Below, in pieces: positions 59,197 through 60,789 of a stretch of DNA of 60,789 nt. The position numbers and the translations under genes are program-made. The DNA comes from a virus (taxonomy: Duplodnaviria > Caudoviricetes), in the IMG/VR virus record IMGVR_UViG_3300033485_000012, positions 1 to 60,789 of that record; one strand, given 5' to 3'. The first letter of the stretch is position 1. The number at the start of each line of letters is the position of its first letter. The notes beneath the pieces are model-generated. The model saw only the letters and a list, made by a program, of their open reading frames with translations, was not told where the DNA came from and did no database searches.

Positions 59197-59603
59197 TAGT
59201 AGGTCTCAGTAGGCGAGTATCCGAGCTGGTACACTCGAACTTGGGTGCCAGCACTGACGGTGACGCCGTTGGGGACGAAAAGTACCCGACCGGACCTTGG
59301 CCCGATGACCTGGAGGGCTTCCCAAGCCTGCCGCGGTACTCCGACTGCAGAGAGAGCCATGTCGAGCGAAGGACATCGTGTCCAGTAGCCGGTGGCGATA
59401 CCACCAGGAGCAGTTTCTGTGAGCGGGTCCCACAGCCAACACTGGAGTGTTCCAGCACCAGACAATGTCTGCGAAGCCGGCACGGATGTTTCCACCATGA
59501 TGGTGAGAGCCGACAAGCCCTTGAGGGGCTGACCTTCGGTGGCGAGCGTCGGGGCCGTGCCAGTGAGGTCTTGAAGGAGCGAAAATGTAGTACCTGAGTT
59601 CAT
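59196..59603 (-). CDS. Virion protein (hypothetical)
   Basis: AGGAG SD; in the late operon. Confidence 0.6.
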   Translation of the reverse strand: MNSGTTFSLLQDLTGTAPTLATEGQPLKGLSALTIMVETSVPASQTLSGAGTLQCWLWDPLTETAPGGIATGYWTRCPSLDMALSAVGVPRQAWEALQVIGPRSGRVLFVPNGVTVSAGTQVRVYQLGYSPTETY

Positions 59604-59619
59604 TTATGAGACTCCTGGA

Positions 59620-60570
59620 TTAAACAGCCAGAATATTGCCGTAGTTAGGGTAGTTATAGACTCCGTGAGATGACCGGTCCGTCCATTCAATCCACCCAGC
59701 CGAATGGAACATGTTACCCGTACTGTCCCCTGCAATTGCCAACCCGGAACCGCTTGCGGTCGTGACATCAAAGACGGTTCCCATAAGGTAGAGTAGGCTG
59801 TAGTTGCCGCCACTGCCGTTGCCCACCCAAATAGCGTGCTGATTGGGGTTATTGTGTTTCAAGTAGACAGCCCCGATCGTCAGCTTCGCGTTGGCTTCAC
59901 ACGAAAAAGTGGCCGTAGCGTTCGAGACTCCGCCCGTGCATTCGCCACGACAAATCTTGAGTTCTGTCCCCAGGTTGGCTATTCTGGCCGTCCCAACAGG
60001 ACCGGGCGAGAAGACGCGATCCAGGGACGTCTTCGCTTTGGTACACTCAATACACCAACCGGTGCCCGAGTGATTAAGAATCAGGTCGCCTTGATGCTTA
60101 ACGACAGTATCCGCATGGGAGTTGGTGACACTAAGGCACCGGCCGGCTCCGGAAGTGCCGGAAGTCGTCAAGGTCAGGTCACTCAGAAAAATCTCGGATT
60201 CGTTGGTGCCCGACACCGTCAAGACTACGCTGTTGGCTGCCGTCGGAGCAAACGACAACTTCTCGATGGAATACTTGTTGGTCTGAAAGGTTCCAGTGAC
60301 AGGGCTGATTGTGACGGTGCCGTCGATGACGATGGGACTCCGAGTGCCGGAAGTAACCCCACCAGTCACGTAAATCCCAGGCTTGAGGGTGATGTTTTCA
60401 GTCCGGTTCTCTTGAACCACGACCCACGCGGGCCAACCGGCGTTGTGTCCGGCATTCTCCGCGAGAGTGATTTGACTCTGAATCGAACCCAGATGTGGGA
60501 CGTAGTAATAATCGGGGTGTCCAACACTTCCTGCTCCACCGCCGCTGCTGCCACTCGTACGCCGCAACAT
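59620..60570 (-). CDS. Beta-helix/fibre-like virion protein
   Basis: Thr/Gly/Ser-rich beta pattern, ENITLKPGIY. Confidence 0.55.
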   Translation of the reverse strand: MLRRTSGSSGGGAGSVGHPDYYYVPHLGSIQSQITLAENAGHNAGWPAWVVVQENRTENITLKPGIYVTGGVTSGTRSPIVIDGTVTISPVTGTFQTNKYSIEKLSFAPTAANSVVLTVSGTNESEIFLSDLTLTTSGTSGAGRCLSVTNSHADTVVKHQGDLILNHSGTGWCIECTKAKTSLDRVFSPGPVGTARIANLGTELKICRGECTGGVSNATATFSCEANAKLTIGAVYLKHNNPNQHAIWVGNGSGGNYSLLYLMGTVFDVTTASGSGLAIAGDSTGNMFHSAGWIEWTDRSSHGVYNYPNYGNILAV

Positions 60571-60664
60571 ATTACAGTTTCCTCAATCCGCTGGGTAGCG
60601 AGAAAAAAGTAGTATCTGAATTCAAGGCAGACTCCCTGGTAGACTAAGCAATAGATTGTACGTC

Positions 60665-60787
60665 TTACGGCCCGTACTTTAACTGCGAGAACGAGAGACT
60701 CGTCGTGTTAACAACGATGGGTCCTGGCGTAATGAGTTGCCAGGTATGCGCTGAGTTCTTTACTTGGTCGTTCAGGCGCCACACGAA
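60665..60787 (-). CDS. 3' end of a tail-fibre-like gene (partial)
   Basis: Translates ...WQLITPGPIVVNTTSLSFSQ..., resembling the W.L.T.G.I..GTT.L.F.Q fibre module. Confidence 0.5.
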   Translation of the reverse strand, partial: FVWRLNDQVKNSAHTWQLITPGPIVVNTTSLSFSQLKYGP

Positions 60788-60789
60788 GT

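Overview
Fragment of a large lytic myovirus (contractile-tailed, probably jumbo) genome. The host is inferred to be a Myxococcota/deltaproteobacterium, from a MYXO-CTERM-like tail on a papain protease and an SspB adaptor. The + strand carries dense arrays of small early genes, each often with its own sigma70 promoter; in many cases the ATG lies 35 nt after the first base of the -35 box, implying leaderless mRNAs. It also carries six tRNAs and DNA/RNA metabolism genes (Rnl2-like RNA ligase end, DNA ligase, RNase H, DNA MTase, deaminase). The - strand carries virion genes (sheath, tube, chaperones, tape measure, baseplate, neck, fibres) split into islands, many headed by an AATCTT motif that looks like a phage late promoter. 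Most notable observations: (1) about 12 small proteins with different N-termini share a C-terminal W-x(n)-Y-x-x-M-[ST]-L-x-E-F-L box, suggesting a modular adaptor/tag system; (2) two orphan, separately promoted TnpB omega-RNA-like scaffolds (38/39 nt identical core, covarying stems) lie 32 kb apart; (3) a stand-alone TnpB with a Fanzor-like rearranged RuvC site; (4) a family of HExxH lipoproteins; (5) a short-variable-loop tRNA with a Leu (TAG) anticodon. All calls come from reading the sequence and recalled family motifs; no searches were run.
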